From IMG/VR virus record IMGVR_UViG_3300010885_040738, positions 29,185-93,184 of that record: a stretch of DNA of 64,000 nucleotides. One strand, written 5' to 3'. The translations under genes and the position numbers were made by a program. This DNA is from a virus. Of this stretch, positions 1-8,609 are shown one piece after another. How positions within the stretch are numbered: the stretch's first letter is position 1; each line of letters begins with the position of its first letter. The notes under the pieces are model-generated. The model worked only from the letters and a program-made list of their open reading frames with translations, had not been told where the DNA came from and did no database searches.

Positions 1-126
1 CAACGGACGCACCCTGCAATACGCCTCAATAGCCTCACGAATGAAGCCCGACCGCGTTTCGCAGTCCTTCAAACGCTCGTCAATCTTAGCTATGTGACCA
101 TCCGACACAATCAATGCGATTCTCAT
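1..126 (-). CDS. Ribbon-helix-helix (CopG/Arc-like) DNA-binding protein, truncated by the window edge
   Basis: Manual translation MRIALIVSDGHIAKIDERLKDCETRSGFIREAIEAYCRVRP gives a beta-strand followed by the 'RSxFIREAI' RHH pattern. TG-n-TACGAT lies 7 nt upstream of the ATG. Confidence 0.7.
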   Translation of the reverse strand, partial: MRIALIVSDGHIAKIDERLKDCETRSGFIREAIEAYCRVRPL

Positions 127-323
127 ATGCCTGATCGTACCATAGCTAAAAACCGAATGCCAACGAATTGTGCGCCCCTGTCACATGACGCCAGCGCAGC
201 GTATGCCGACACTTAAAATGAGACACCCACGAATAGCGCAAGCCATCAGCGTAGCGTATGCCTTCTCAAAGCCCCACGCACCACCATCTCACCCCTCGGC
301 CAGCGAAAGCCAGCGGCGCCGCA

Positions 324-670
324 CCCTGCTCAGCCCGTTTAGCTTTCACTCATTCTAAAGCACTTACCTTGCACTTACCTCGAACCCTGCTCACCCTGCT
401 CACACCCTTCTCAGCTGTAACCTGTTGATTCTAATACTCAAACTGGGTGAGTGTAGGTATAATTCATATAATGATCTTTATGAAATAAAACACTGTAAAT
501 CACCGACTACACTTGTAGGCACAAAACGCATATTTTCTCTGTTGTGAAGTACAGCCGACAGGTTTTTTCGTGCTCACCCTGCTCAGTGAAATAAAGCCAA
601 TGGAATGAACGGATTACAGGTGAGAATGGGTGGCTGAGTGAGGTTGAGTAGGGGTAGACACCCCTGCTCA
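324..670. repeat. Non-coding region with 5 copies of CCCTGCTCA, an AT-rich core and IHF-like sites; candidate origin or packaging control region
   Basis: CCCTGCTCA at 324, 385, 394, 577 and 662. Perfect WATCAANNNNTTR (AATCAACAGGTTA) on the minus strand at 418-430, and a 1-mismatch copy at 604-616. AT-rich at about 430-550. Confidence 0.55.
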
Positions 671-926
671 GAGGCTCCGAAAAAGGAAATGGGGTCCGAA
701 GCGGCCTAAGCCAAGCCTCGAACCCCACCACCCCCACAGGAACGCCCAAACGGAAAGGAGGGATAAAGTATCCGACACACCAGCAGCATGGGCTAACGGA
801 CCCAGACCACCAACACACCAGACAGAGCCAAAATAGCAGAGCCAGCGCCCGGTCGTCAAGTGGCACCACCACACACCCCGTAGCACCCCCACCACATCCT
901 CCCCGAACCAGGCGATAATAGGACCA

Positions 927-1793
927 ATGCCAGTAGTCGCCGTCGAAATTACCGGCCTCAAGGGTCACCCGATGGAACAGCGAGCCCTTGAAGCAATCAT
1001 GAATGGTGAATCATCCAGATCTGTTGCACGCTGGTTAGACCCCCCTGTTTCAGCCGCAACCGTCTGGAGATACGTCGATAAACACGTCAAACCGACGCTA
1101 AAGAACGCAGCCGTCCTGTCTCACGTTTTGGAAAGCCAACAAAACAAACGATCTCCAATCAAGCGAAACACTGTTTCACCTGTTTCACCCTCTGTTTCAC
1201 CTGTTTCACTCGAAAGTGATGCAAACGGACCACAACAGGTCACAACCAGACCCGGATGGCGCAATATGAACCCCGTTCAGCATTGTGGCGCTGAATCAGA
1301 AGCCGGGAAAATTACCCGACAGGCCCTGGCAGCGGCTCCAATTCTCCGAATCCGAGAGAATCGTATCGCGTTTCAGCAGGAGCTGGCGGACCGTCTCGCA
1401 TCGGTAATTCAGGAGCGCGGGGAGGAAATGGCGGTCTGTGAGGCGTGCGGCAGGGAGAAATCCGAGCACCCGGCAGTAGGCGCGGCGGACGGCCTGAAAG
1501 ACTGCTCGAAGTTCCGGCGCATCCCCGGCGGGTCGTCCGGCCTCATGACTCGTCGGCTCAAAAAGGACGGGGTAGAGTACCACTACGACAACGCCATCGT
1601 TGCGTCGGCGCAGGAGCTCATGAAGCAAACTGCCATCGAGCAAGGCCAATGGCAGGAGAACATGGGTACAGGCGCCCCCACAATCCAAATCATTTGCCCC
1701 CAGGTCCCCGGCGAACTGCCAAGGGTCAGTTTTCACTCAGATGACGCGCTTGAGGCCGATTTCGCGGATATTGGCCTCGATCAGGGCCGCTAG
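927..1793 (+). CDS. Probable terminase small subunit
   Basis: N-terminal HTH (ALEAIMNGESSRSVARWL..VSAATVWRY), a helical middle, and a C-terminal beta-strand/acidic tail (APTIQIICP..). AGGA SD upstream. Not adjacent to TerL. Confidence 0.55.
   Translation: MPVVAVEITGLKGHPMEQRALEAIMNGESSRSVARWLDPPVSAATVWRYVDKHVKPTLKNAAVLSHVLESQQNKRSPIKRNTVSPVSPSVSPVSLESDANGPQQVTTRPGWRNMNPVQHCGAESEAGKITRQALAAAPILRIRENRIAFQQELADRLASVIQERGEEMAVCEACGREKSEHPAVGAADGLKDCSKFRRIPGGSSGLMTRRLKKDGVEYHYDNAIVASAQELMKQTAIEQGQWQENMGTGAPTIQIICPQVPGELPRVSFHSDDALEADFADIGLDQGR
1165..1209. repeat. Four tandem CTGTTTCAC units inside the terS-like gene; candidate pac site
   Basis: gaaaca-ctgtttcac-ctgtttcac-cct-ctgtttcac-ctgtttcac, encoding VSPVSPSVSPVS. 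Confidence 0.5.
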
Positions 1794-1833
1794 GACGCGC
1801 TGACGGAGCTCGTCTGATACCTGAGTGCCCGGC
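1786..1833. repeat. 48-bp direct repeat, left copy (includes the terS stop codon)
   Basis: gccgctaggacgcgctgac-ggagc-tcgtctgatacctgagt-g-cccggc; 44/48 identical to 6705-6752. Confidence 0.9.
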
Positions 1834-1850
1834 TTTTTAGCCTGTCGGCA

Positions 1851-1893
1851 GCAAAAAAGAACGGCCAGGCCCCTTTCGGGTTACCTGGCCGTT
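1851..1893 (-). terminator. Rho-independent terminator for the leftward cassette
   Basis: Stem aacggccagg/cctggccgtt followed by a T-run on the minus strand. Confidence 0.75.
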
Positions 1894-1911
1894 TGCCGTG
1901 CTCGGTGCCTG

Positions 1912-1989
1912 TTACCGCCACCACTTCCCCGCGCCGGATCGTCGGAGGTAGCGAATGTGTCCCCGGTACTTCGTTGTGATTGCCTTCAT
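1912..1989 (-). pseudogene. 25-aa ORF MKAITTKYRG..., probably a truncated remnant of a common small phage early gene
   Basis: Has the same SD/start context (AGAAGGTTAACGACCATG) as the gene starting at 2432, but stops after 25 codons. Confidence 0.4.
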
Positions 1990-1994
1990 GGTCG

Positions 1995-2432
1995 TTAACC
2001 TTCTTCCTCGTCTTCGGTCTTCATTTCAGTCTTGGCCATGTCGGCCAGAATCTCGGCGGCTTCGCTGCATTGCACCGTTACGGCCACGTAGCCATCAATT
2101 TCTTTGTCGTGCGCCAGCTCAATGGCACGAGCCATAGCGTCGTCATCGCACCTTTCGGCGCAGGTGTAGCGGCTCGGTCCGATACCGCCATCTGTCAGCG
2201 TCAGGCTGACCGGCTCGGCCTCGCGTGCCTCTTGGTCGCAGGTAAACAGGATCAGGCACCAGTTGTGCATCCCGCCCCGATCAAAAGCGTATGCCCTGTA
2301 CTCACTCCCTGTACGCACAGCCAGCGCGTTGACCGCCAGAATATAGGCTGTCCTGTAGTGCTCGGCACCTGACGGCACGGCTTCACCGTCGGCGAATCCC
2401 CACTTGGTTTGCATCTCGTCGAAATACTTCAT
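1995..2432 (-). CDS. Hypothetical acidic early protein
   Basis: SD-bearing ORF in the tightly packed leftward operon. Confidence 0.7.
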   Translation of the reverse strand: MKYFDEMQTKWGFADGEAVPSGAEHYRTAYILAVNALAVRTGSEYRAYAFDRGGMHNWCLILFTCDQEAREAEPVSLTLTDGGIGPSRYTCAERCDDDAMARAIELAHDKEIDGYVAVTVQCSEAAEILADMAKTEMKTEDEEEG

Positions 2433-2471
2433 GGTCGTTAACCTTCTTTCTCGGCCTCTCGGCCATCCTTC

Positions 2472-2750
2472 TTATGCGTAGTCGTAGAAAAAGCTCTGTT
2501 CGGGTTCAGGTGCAAAATCAAAACGCCCTGCCATGCTCGGAGGCTTAAGCGTTCGGTGGTACTCTGACGGCCCCTCGCGATGGCCACGGTAGCGGATGGC
2601 ATCGAAGAAGTACCGGGCAGGGTGAATCAGGATCTCATCCAGTACGGGAGTGTCGGCCCTGATGGTAAGGGTGCGTCCGCAGTTCCAGCACTCGGACGGG
2701 ATAGCGTCGTCGCCCTTGTAGTCGGTCTCGGCACACTGGCAGTCAGTCAC
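2472..2750 (-). CDS. Hypothetical protein with CxC/CxxC motifs
   Basis: GTGA overlap with the upstream gene. Confidence 0.6.
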   Translation of the reverse strand: MTDCQCAETDYKGDDAIPSECWNCGRTLTIRADTPVLDEILIHPARYFFDAIRYRGHREGPSEYHRTLKPPSMAGRFDFAPEPEQSFFYDYA

Positions 2751-3100
2751 CGGCGCGGCTCCTGATCGGATACCCGCATCTGGATGTATTCCACTTCCGC
2801 CTTGATCTGGCGAATGCGCCTGATGCGGTCCCAGTGTTCGTCCTGGGCGCGTCCGGTCGCGCTCGGGTCCGGCTGTACGTAGTAGTCTCGGCCATTCGGC
2901 GCATTGGCGGCCATCGCCTTAATCGTGGCGTTGAGCGCATCCAGTACGGCGTCGTTGTATTCGTACAGATCTTTCCATCCGGTGCCATTCATGTGAACCG
3001 TTGGCGCAGCTGGCGGCACCTTGCAGTGTTGCAGGTCGCAACGCTCGGAGTGCTTCGCGAATGGCTCAAAGCAAAACGGACATTCTGTTGTGTCGGTCAT
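2747..3100 (-). CDS. Conserved small phage protein (PTVHMNGT...PNGRDYY motif)
   Basis: TAATG coupling to the recombinase stop codon; motif recognised from phage early genes. Confidence 0.65.
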   Translation of the reverse strand: MTDTTECPFCFEPFAKHSERCDLQHCKVPPAAPTVHMNGTGWKDLYEYNDAVLDALNATIKAMAANAPNGRDYYVQPDPSATGRAQDEHWDRIRRIRQIKAEVEYIQMRVSDQEPRR

Positions 3101-3747
3101 TAGTTTCCCTCTCTCTTCAAAATCGGTGACAACGTGGCGGCAGTCCAAGGTTTCCCGGTCCGGCTCGGCATGGTGTCATTGGCGTTCAGGATCTCGGCGA
3201 TCTCGGCCAGGGTCTTGCCATTTTGGCGCAGGAACTGGATAGAGTTCAGCGTCCGGTCCTCGCCGGGGCGGAACCCGAAAGGCTTGCGGCCCTCACAACG
3301 TCCGGTCTGTTCTTTCTTCCTTTGGCGTGCGCCTCGGAGTTTCAGGACAATGGATTGGCGCTCGTACTGGGCGAATCCGGCGAGAATGACGCGAAACAGC
3401 TGGCGCTCTGGCGATTGGTCGTCGGTGTCGTCGCCGTTCGTGCTGACGATCCGCACGTCCTTCTTCGCGAGATCCGCAAGAATGAGTTCCTGCACGAGCA
3501 CCGCACGCGCTACCCTGTCGAATTTCTCGACAACGATGGTCCTCGTGCTGGACATCCCGGCGAGCATGGAAACCCACCCAGGGCGGTCTTGCCATTCGTC
3601 TTTCCCGGTCTGAGTGTCTTGGTACCAGTTCGTGATGGTCAGGTTGTGGGCGGCGGCGTGGGATTCGATGGCCTTGCGTTGTCGCGCAAAGCCATCTCCT
3701 TCTTCCTGCCCCTTGCCGCTGACGCGCATGTAGGCTACTGCGTTCAT
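3100..3747 (-). CDS. Serine recombinase (resolvase catalytic domain plus short recombinase DNA-binding domain)
   Basis: AYMRVS (catalytic Ser), DRPG, EKFDRVAR, FAQYER, GRKPFGF, LAEIAEILN...GKPWT. Confidence 0.92.
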   Translation of the reverse strand: MNAVAYMRVSGKGQEEGDGFARQRKAIESHAAAHNLTITNWYQDTQTGKDEWQDRPGWVSMLAGMSSTRTIVVEKFDRVARAVLVQELILADLAKKDVRIVSTNGDDTDDQSPERQLFRVILAGFAQYERQSIVLKLRGARQRKKEQTGRCEGRKPFGFRPGEDRTLNSIQFLRQNGKTLAEIAEILNANDTMPSRTGKPWTAATLSPILKREGN

Positions 3748-3920
3748 TGGCCACGCTCCGTAACTTCCCAGAGCGAGACAAAAGCCACGAGCCAGGCACG
3801 CTGATATCCCGTCAGATCGTCGCGGTATAGCATCTCGTCTGCTGATTGGAGTGTGAGCGATTGAGACTCACACCACTTGACGTATGGACCTTGGAGCAGA
3901 TCCCAGGCGTTTGGTTTCAT
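3744..3920 (-). CDS. Small hypothetical phage protein
   Basis: SADEML..LT.YQRAWL..F..LWE; ATGA overlap with the recombinase gene. Confidence 0.6.
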   Translation of the reverse strand: MKPNAWDLLQGPYVKWCESQSLTLQSADEMLYRDDLTGYQRAWLVAFVSLWEVTERGQ

Positions 3921-3999
3921 GCGGCACCCCATCCGGCGAGTGCGTTGGCCTTGTCCTGTGTCTCTTTGGTGACGTTCACTCGAAACTCAACATCTGGTC

Positions 4000-4410
4000 T
4001 TACCATCTCGCACCGCAATCCACGCAAACCGGAGTTCCGGCAGACGTTGTGGTGGTATTCGCGTGACCACGGAGGCAAACCGGCGGCAGGTCCGGCGTCT
4101 GGCAGCATGTGCAGTCATGGTTCCATGTCCACCGCAGCAAAGCTTGCTCCATTGTGTGCTCGGTCGCACCGCAGAACGCGCAGGACGGACGCCAAGCGTT
4201 AGCCATCGACCGCCGGAAGCTTTCCCAGGTGTGCGGGTTTCCCGGCGTCCATATCGCCCAACCACGGATACCTGGAACGTCGTTGAGCATTTCGGCGAAG
4301 CCGCGCATGTTGGGCGAGCGTTCCAACCGCTTGAAAGCTTCCTCAATGGTGTAGCAGTCATGTTGGCTCTGCTCTCGCCTTGTGTCGAAGTATTGTGTGA
4401 CTCGAATCAT
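4000..4410 (-). CDS. Hypothetical Zn-finger protein
   Basis: Several CxxC pairs; AAGGA SD before MIRVTQY. Confidence 0.6.
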   Translation of the reverse strand: MIRVTQYFDTRREQSQHDCYTIEEAFKRLERSPNMRGFAEMLNDVPGIRGWAIWTPGNPHTWESFRRSMANAWRPSCAFCGATEHTMEQALLRWTWNHDCTCCQTPDLPPVCLRGHANTTTTSAGTPVCVDCGARW

Positions 4411-4421
4411 CGTCTTTCCTT

Positions 4422-4497
4422 CTTCTTCCAACCAGATCGGTGGAACCCGTCTCTCCTTAGAGAGACAGGCACCAGCTACCTATTCGGGTATGTTCGC
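4422..4497 (-). promoter_or_regulatory. Structured intergenic repeat, copy 1 (long hairpin directly upstream of an SD)
   Basis: Flanks identical to 4804-4894; only the apical loop of the GTCTCT/AGAGAC stem differs. Confidence 0.75.
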
Positions 4498-4519
4498 ATC
4501 TTTCCTCTCTCCTCGCGGG

Positions 4520-4795
4520 TCACAGAGTAACCGCCCATGCGCCGTTGCGGTCAGCGACGACGCAGAATAGGCCGTCAATTTCCGCTAGGTACATTCGGTC
4601 AGTGTTCCCGCCGCTGCTGCCCTCGTAGACCGTGCGGAGGATAGTGCCGTCCGCACTTTCGATGGCAGCTGCAATGCCGCGCTCGTCGCCCTCGCCGGGT
4701 GCCCATCCGTCGCCGGAATCATTGCCTTTGTTCCACGCGGCGTTGAGTTCCGTGTCGGTCAGGCTCATCGCTTCAGTTTCGGTAATCATCGTCAT
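4520..4795 (-). CDS. Hypothetical acidic protein
   Basis: SD AAGGA; ORF within the leftward operon. Confidence 0.65.
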   Translation of the reverse strand: MTMITETEAMSLTDTELNAAWNKGNDSGDGWAPGEGDERGIAAAIESADGTILRTVYEGSSGGNTDRMYLAEIDGLFCVVADRNGAWAVTL

Positions 4796-4803
4796 TTCTT
4801 TTC

Positions 4804-4894
4804 CTTCTTCCAACCAGATCGGTGGAACCCGTCTCTCTACCTCTGTCAGCAGGTCAGAGAGACAGGCACCAGCTACCTATTCGGGTATGTTCGC
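4804..4894 (-). promoter_or_regulatory. Structured intergenic repeat, copy 2
   Basis: Same as 4422-4497, with a longer apical insert that extends the stem (acct...aggt). Confidence 0.75.
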
Positions 4895-4954
4895 CCACGC
4901 GATCAGCACCGCCAGCACCGTGAGCCACGCGAGAATGTTGGCGATCAGGCGCAT
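4877..4954 (-). CDS. 25-aa single-TM membrane peptide
   Basis: MRLIANILAWLTVLAVLIAWANIPE; GAGG SD; overlaps the stop codon of the upstream gene. Confidence 0.45.
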   Translation of the reverse strand: MRLIANILAWLTVLAVLIAWANIPE

Positions 4955-5676
4955 GGAGTAGCAACCTCTTCCAAGTACCCAACCTCATGGCGATCACCAG
5001 CAAGGCCACCGCAGACGCCACAATCGCGATGCGTGAACCCGGTTTCCTCCCCGACGATCAACCACTGGCCGATTTTTTTGATACCGGCCCTGACGCGCTG
5101 CTCGGTCTCGTCGTCCATACCGGAGTAGTCATCGTATGCGATGGCACTCACGCAGTCCTCGCACGCGCCACCGAGGATGGACACATAGTTGTCCGGCTTC
5201 TGGTCGTCCTCGTCCTCGTCCTCGTCGTCCTCGTCCATCTCGCAAGGCCCGGTGTGGTCAGCACGGAGCGTGCATCGGACGTCATAGCACTCCCGAGTGT
5301 CGGCCTCAATCTCGCAGCATTCCGCACCCTCTTCCACGCCACAACCGCATTCCCGGCACTTGAGGAAGAGAACCCAACCCTGATCGGCAACCCAGGTCTT
5401 CTTCATGTTCGGGCAACCAGTTTCGTGGCAGTTCACGCCGTTGATGGCGATGTAGTTGCATTGGTCGCACTTGGGAACGTCCTGCCATACCGCGACCGCC
5501 TCATATAGAGGTTCTGCGCCACCACCCCAAGCGAAGCGTTCGCCGGGTGCCAGCTTGGAGACCTCGGCAATCAGGTCGATACCGTCCTGCCCTGCGTCGT
5601 TGTCGGCCTCCATCTCGGCAAGGCTCAGTGTCATTGCCAGTTTGCTGTTCTCGTAGAAGTTGAATACAAGGCTCAT
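4945..5676 (-). CDS. Acidic, Cys-rich multi-Zn-finger hypothetical protein
   Basis: CDQC..INGVNCHETGCPN, CRECGC, CEDC and CGVC motifs; poly-D/E tract. Confidence 0.7.
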   Translation of the reverse strand: MSLVFNFYENSKLAMTLSLAEMEADNDAGQDGIDLIAEVSKLAPGERFAWGGGAEPLYEAVAVWQDVPKCDQCNYIAINGVNCHETGCPNMKKTWVADQGWVLFLKCRECGCGVEEGAECCEIEADTRECYDVRCTLRADHTGPCEMDEDDEDEDEDDQKPDNYVSILGGACEDCVSAIAYDDYSGMDDETEQRVRAGIKKIGQWLIVGEETGFTHRDCGVCGGLAGDRHEVGYLEEVATPCA

Positions 5677-5966
5677 TTGGACACCGCCAGGCTGCAATCG
5701 CGAACGTAATCGGCGTGCTCGGCGGCAGGGTTAGCCTTGGCGTAGCCCTCAATGCACGCGATGAAGTGCAGGACATCCTGTGCTGGTGCGGAGAATCGAC
5801 CGCCACCGCAGCGGACTAGTATCTGGGTCAGTCTGGTATTTGGGTCAGCGGCGATGGCCTCAATCTGGTGGAGGCGGAGAAACCAGCCCATCGTCTTGGC
5901 GTCTGCAATAGCGTCAGCGCCAGTGTATTCGGTCTCGTTGATCTCTGCTTGGGTAATCTGTGACAT
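5673..5966 (-). CDS. Hypothetical protein (MSQITQAEINETEY...)
   Basis: GAGGAG SD; ATGA overlap downstream. Confidence 0.6.
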   Translation of the reverse strand: MSQITQAEINETEYTGADAIADAKTMGWFLRLHQIEAIAADPNTRLTQILVRCGGGRFSAPAQDVLHFIACIEGYAKANPAAEHADYVRDCSLAVSK

Positions 5967-6036
5967 ACTCTTCTTTCTCCTCATCAGTGCCGGATTAACC
6001 GGACATACGGACCCGGTAAGGTCCGTTTCGGAGTGT

Positions 6037-6582
6037 TTACTTGTCGCGCAAAGGACCATCCGGTGCAGGCATCGCCCTGAGCGCCGCGTAGTCCTCAGCC
6101 GTCCAGGGATCACCCTCGTTGAAGTTGAAATCAACAATTCCCTCCCCGCGCTCATAGACCACCGTGGCGCGATGCCATAGCGGGATACCCGTCGCTGGAT
6201 GCCCGAGTTCGAGTTCAACGATGTCGCCGTGATTCAGTAGTGCGGGGTCCCCGCCGGGAACCATCTTCAGTCGCCGTCGCCCCGGTCCAAAGTCTTCGAC
6301 TGCTTCAATCACAAACTTGACCATCGTGGCACCGCAGCTTTCGCAGGGGAACGGGTAAGATTTCTCGCCATCGTTGCCGCAGTTTTGGCTCGGGCAGATG
6401 TAGCTGTCATCAGTCAGCGGGTAGAGTACAACGTCCATGCAGCCTGATTCTTTGTCAATGGTGACCTTGCCACCACGGTCATGGAGGATGCCCGTCGAGG
6501 GGTCTCTCAGTTCCAGCGATACCAAGTCGCCGTCGTTCCACTCTGTTGTACTTCCACCTTCAATACGCTTGATGAGTTTCAT
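6037..6582 (-). CDS. Hypothetical protein with a central Zn ribbon and an internal duplication; first gene of the leftward cassette
   Basis: AAGGAG SD; NDGDLVSLELRDPSTGI repeated as NHGDIVELELGHPATGI. Confidence 0.7.
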   Translation of the reverse strand: MKLIKRIEGGSTTEWNDGDLVSLELRDPSTGILHDRGGKVTIDKESGCMDVVLYPLTDDSYICPSQNCGNDGEKSYPFPCESCGATMVKFVIEAVEDFGPGRRRLKMVPGGDPALLNHGDIVELELGHPATGIPLWHRATVVYERGEGIVDFNFNEGDPWTAEDYAALRAMPAPDGPLRDK

Positions 6583-6606
6583 GTTTGGGTAATGCTCCTT
6601 TCTTAT

Positions 6607-6635
6607 AGAGTATTAGATTACCTAGCCACCTGCAA
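6607..6635 (-). promoter_or_regulatory. Sigma70-like promoter driving the leftward cassette
   Basis: TTGCAG-17 nt-TACTCT upstream of the AAGGAG SD of the gene starting at 6582. Confidence 0.6.
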
Positions 6636-6704
6636 GCATATTCTGCGGAAAAGCCTACATTGGTCGATTTTTGGCAGTTTGGGGCAAAAAGTGACCTCGT
6701 AGAA

Positions 6705-6752
6705 GCCGCTAGGACGCGCTGACACAGGTCGTCTGATACCTGAGTACCCGGC
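6705..6752. repeat. 48-bp direct repeat, right copy
   Basis: 44/48 identical to 1786-1833. Confidence 0.9.
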
Positions 6753-7145
6753 AAATCGGACCCGAAAACCAGATTTTTGACGATCCCGGCGACACTATAG
6801 AAGGACGGCGGCACCGCCGGACACCGCACTACTGGCCGGATTTTTTGACGGCGGCACCGCCGGACCCTGCCCTGGTCCTGCCCAAAACCTGCCCGGCGGA
6901 AGCTGGAAAACCCGAACCCTCGTCGGTGGAACCCTCACCTGGGCGAGTAACTTGGTGGAGGATGGACCACCTCAGCCATCCAAGAGGAGGACGGCGGCAC
7001 CGACGAGGGCGCGGTCGCGCCACTACCACCGCGGACCTCGGTGCCTTTTTTCAACGAGGCCACCCCTCCCCCTATGCCCTAAACGTTAGGTACTTTCGGG
7101 TAATCGGAGTAAAGTGATGCCCACGTACGAGAGCGCAATCACGTT

Positions 7146-7175
7146 TTGACGTTTTCGCCCTTTACCCTGTATACT
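7146..7175 (+). promoter_or_regulatory. Sigma70-like promoter; leaderless transcript of the gene at 7183
   Basis: TTGACG-18 nt-TATACT, with the ATG 7 nt downstream. Confidence 0.6.
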
Positions 7176-7182
7176 GCTGTAT

Positions 7183-7863
7183 ATGGTGAACAGGTCTTTG
7201 GTGGTTAAGGGTATAGTTGGCGATTATTGCGAGATGGTGGCTGCGGCTGCGTTTATTGCTGGGGGGGCACAGCTTGCGAAGGCATGGGGCACGTCGCCGG
7301 ACTGGGACTTTCTGGTGAAGGAGGACGGTGAGCAATGGCGAAGTGTTCAGGTGAAGACGGTTGGCCGGCTAAATGGGCATGGTGACTCGCCGTATGTTGA
7401 TTTGACAAGGACCGCTGGCGCCGGCTGTTATCAGGTAGGTGATGTCGACATGGTTGTTGGGGTGTATCCCGAGACTGGGGCAATGTGGAAGGTGATGCCG
7501 GAGGCGTTTGCTGGAGCGCGGCTACTGAGGCTGGATGACGAGTGGCTATGGGTAGGGAACGTGGATAGGCGATCGCTTCCGATGAGCAACGTGCTGGCGC
7601 TAAAGATTGAGCGAAAGAGCCGTGCCGGGTGCATATCTGCAGTGCGTGAGAAGTTACAGGAGGAGAGGCGCGGCTTGTGGCTTGGGGATCTCAGCGAGCG
7701 GCCGGATAGTGTGTCTGCCGGTACGTGGGACGTGTTTGTGATGTGGATGGGTGGGCACGGGTACAAGTCGATAGCGGACAAGCACGGGCTGACTGCCCCG
7801 GGCGTGAGGGATCGGATGGTTCGTTTGTGCCGGCGGCTTGGGATCAAAGGTGGGCCTATTTGA
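7183..7863 (+). CDS. PD-(D/E)XK endonuclease (PDDEXK_5-like) with a C-terminal HTH
   Basis: G..GDYCE, WDFLV, SVQVKT, YQVGDVDMVVGV; C-terminal GYKSIADKHGLT..GVRDR. Confidence 0.75.
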   Translation: MVNRSLVVKGIVGDYCEMVAAAAFIAGGAQLAKAWGTSPDWDFLVKEDGEQWRSVQVKTVGRLNGHGDSPYVDLTRTAGAGCYQVGDVDMVVGVYPETGAMWKVMPEAFAGARLLRLDDEWLWVGNVDRRSLPMSNVLALKIERKSRAGCISAVREKLQEERRGLWLGDLSERPDSVSAGTWDVFVMWMGGHGYKSIADKHGLTAPGVRDRMVRLCRRLGIKGGPI

Positions 7864-8031
7864 AAAACATGCCAAGAGCCTCCTACCCCCTTCAGCGGCT
7901 GAGACTCAGATTCGAGTTCAAAAATTTTATATACATGGTTTTGGAGAGTTGCCAAGGCCCACTTGTGTCGTATGCTGGAGGTGTTCTTTGGGACATGGGT
8001 GCGGGTTGAGAGCCGGCCGTGGAGTTGAGTT

Positions 8032-8556
8032 ATGAGTAAAGCGACAGGTAGAGTGACAGAGAAGATGAGGCAGGAAGGTATGAAGGATGGGCACGAGGCG
8101 CTTGCGGCAATTTACAGTGATGAAGCGCTTAACGAGATGTCAGGAGATGACTTTCGGGCCACGCTTGCCGCGGAGGCGCAGGAGTATTTGGCGGGGCAGG
8201 AGACTGTAGATCAGCAGGAGGTTGCAGCTGGGCAGGTTGGAAAGTATGATCATGATCAGCTTGTATTTGGTGAACTGTTGAAGGTGGTGGAGTGCGGATT
8301 GAATCGGTTGCGGGCAAGGTTATTGAATCTGGCGGAGACGAGCACGCGGGACAAGCAGCAGGCTGAGGCGATGAAAGGTCTGATAAAAGATTTTTGTAAT
8401 CTGGCGCTGGATGAGATTGATCCGCAGGTCTGGGTTGCGCTGGTGCGGTTTGGGGTTCCGCCGCAAATGATGAAGGGTGATTATCCAAGGTCATGCCAGT
8501 TGACAGCGCAGTCGGTGGACGGCGTGACGGTGTTTGACAATAGGCCGGTGAAGTAG
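8032..8556 (+). CDS. Hypothetical protein
   Basis: GGAG SD; followed by a terminator. Confidence 0.65.
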   Translation: MSKATGRVTEKMRQEGMKDGHEALAAIYSDEALNEMSGDDFRATLAAEAQEYLAGQETVDQQEVAAGQVGKYDHDQLVFGELLKVVECGLNRLRARLLNLAETSTRDKQQAEAMKGLIKDFCNLALDEIDPQVWVALVRFGVPPQMMKGDYPRSCQLTAQSVDGVTVFDNRPVK

Positions 8557-8577
8557 GCTGGCGCAGGCAGGTAAGGA

Positions 8578-8609
8578 GCCCCCGCGGGAGACCGTTGGGG
8601 GCCTTTTTT
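8578..8609 (+). terminator. Rho-independent terminator
   Basis: gcccccgcgg-gaga-ccgttgggggc followed by TTTTTT. Confidence 0.75.

Noticed and set aside
507-968. 153-aa minus-strand ORF upstream of terS
   Set aside because: The Trp/Cys/Gly/Val-rich composition simply reflects the local strand skew and repeats; likely non-coding.
3100-3747. Prophage integrase marking an att boundary
   Set aside because: At 215 aa it lacks the zinc-ribbon/coiled-coil region of large serine integrases, and phage genes continue on both sides; no host genes are seen.
6783-6803. SP6-promoter-like sequence (atcccggcGACACTATAGAAG, 17/21 match)
   Set aside because: Single copy, the AT-rich upstream element is missing, and no single-subunit RNA polymerase gene is in the window; probably chance.
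7183-7863. Group I intron around the PDDEXK_5-like nuclease
   Set aside because: No interrupted host gene or recognisable P7/core elements; the gene has its own promoter and looks free-standing.
7998-8025. Possible tRNA T-arm-like sequence (gcgggttgagagccggcc)
   Set aside because: No TTCRA loop, acceptor stem or cloverleaf could be built.
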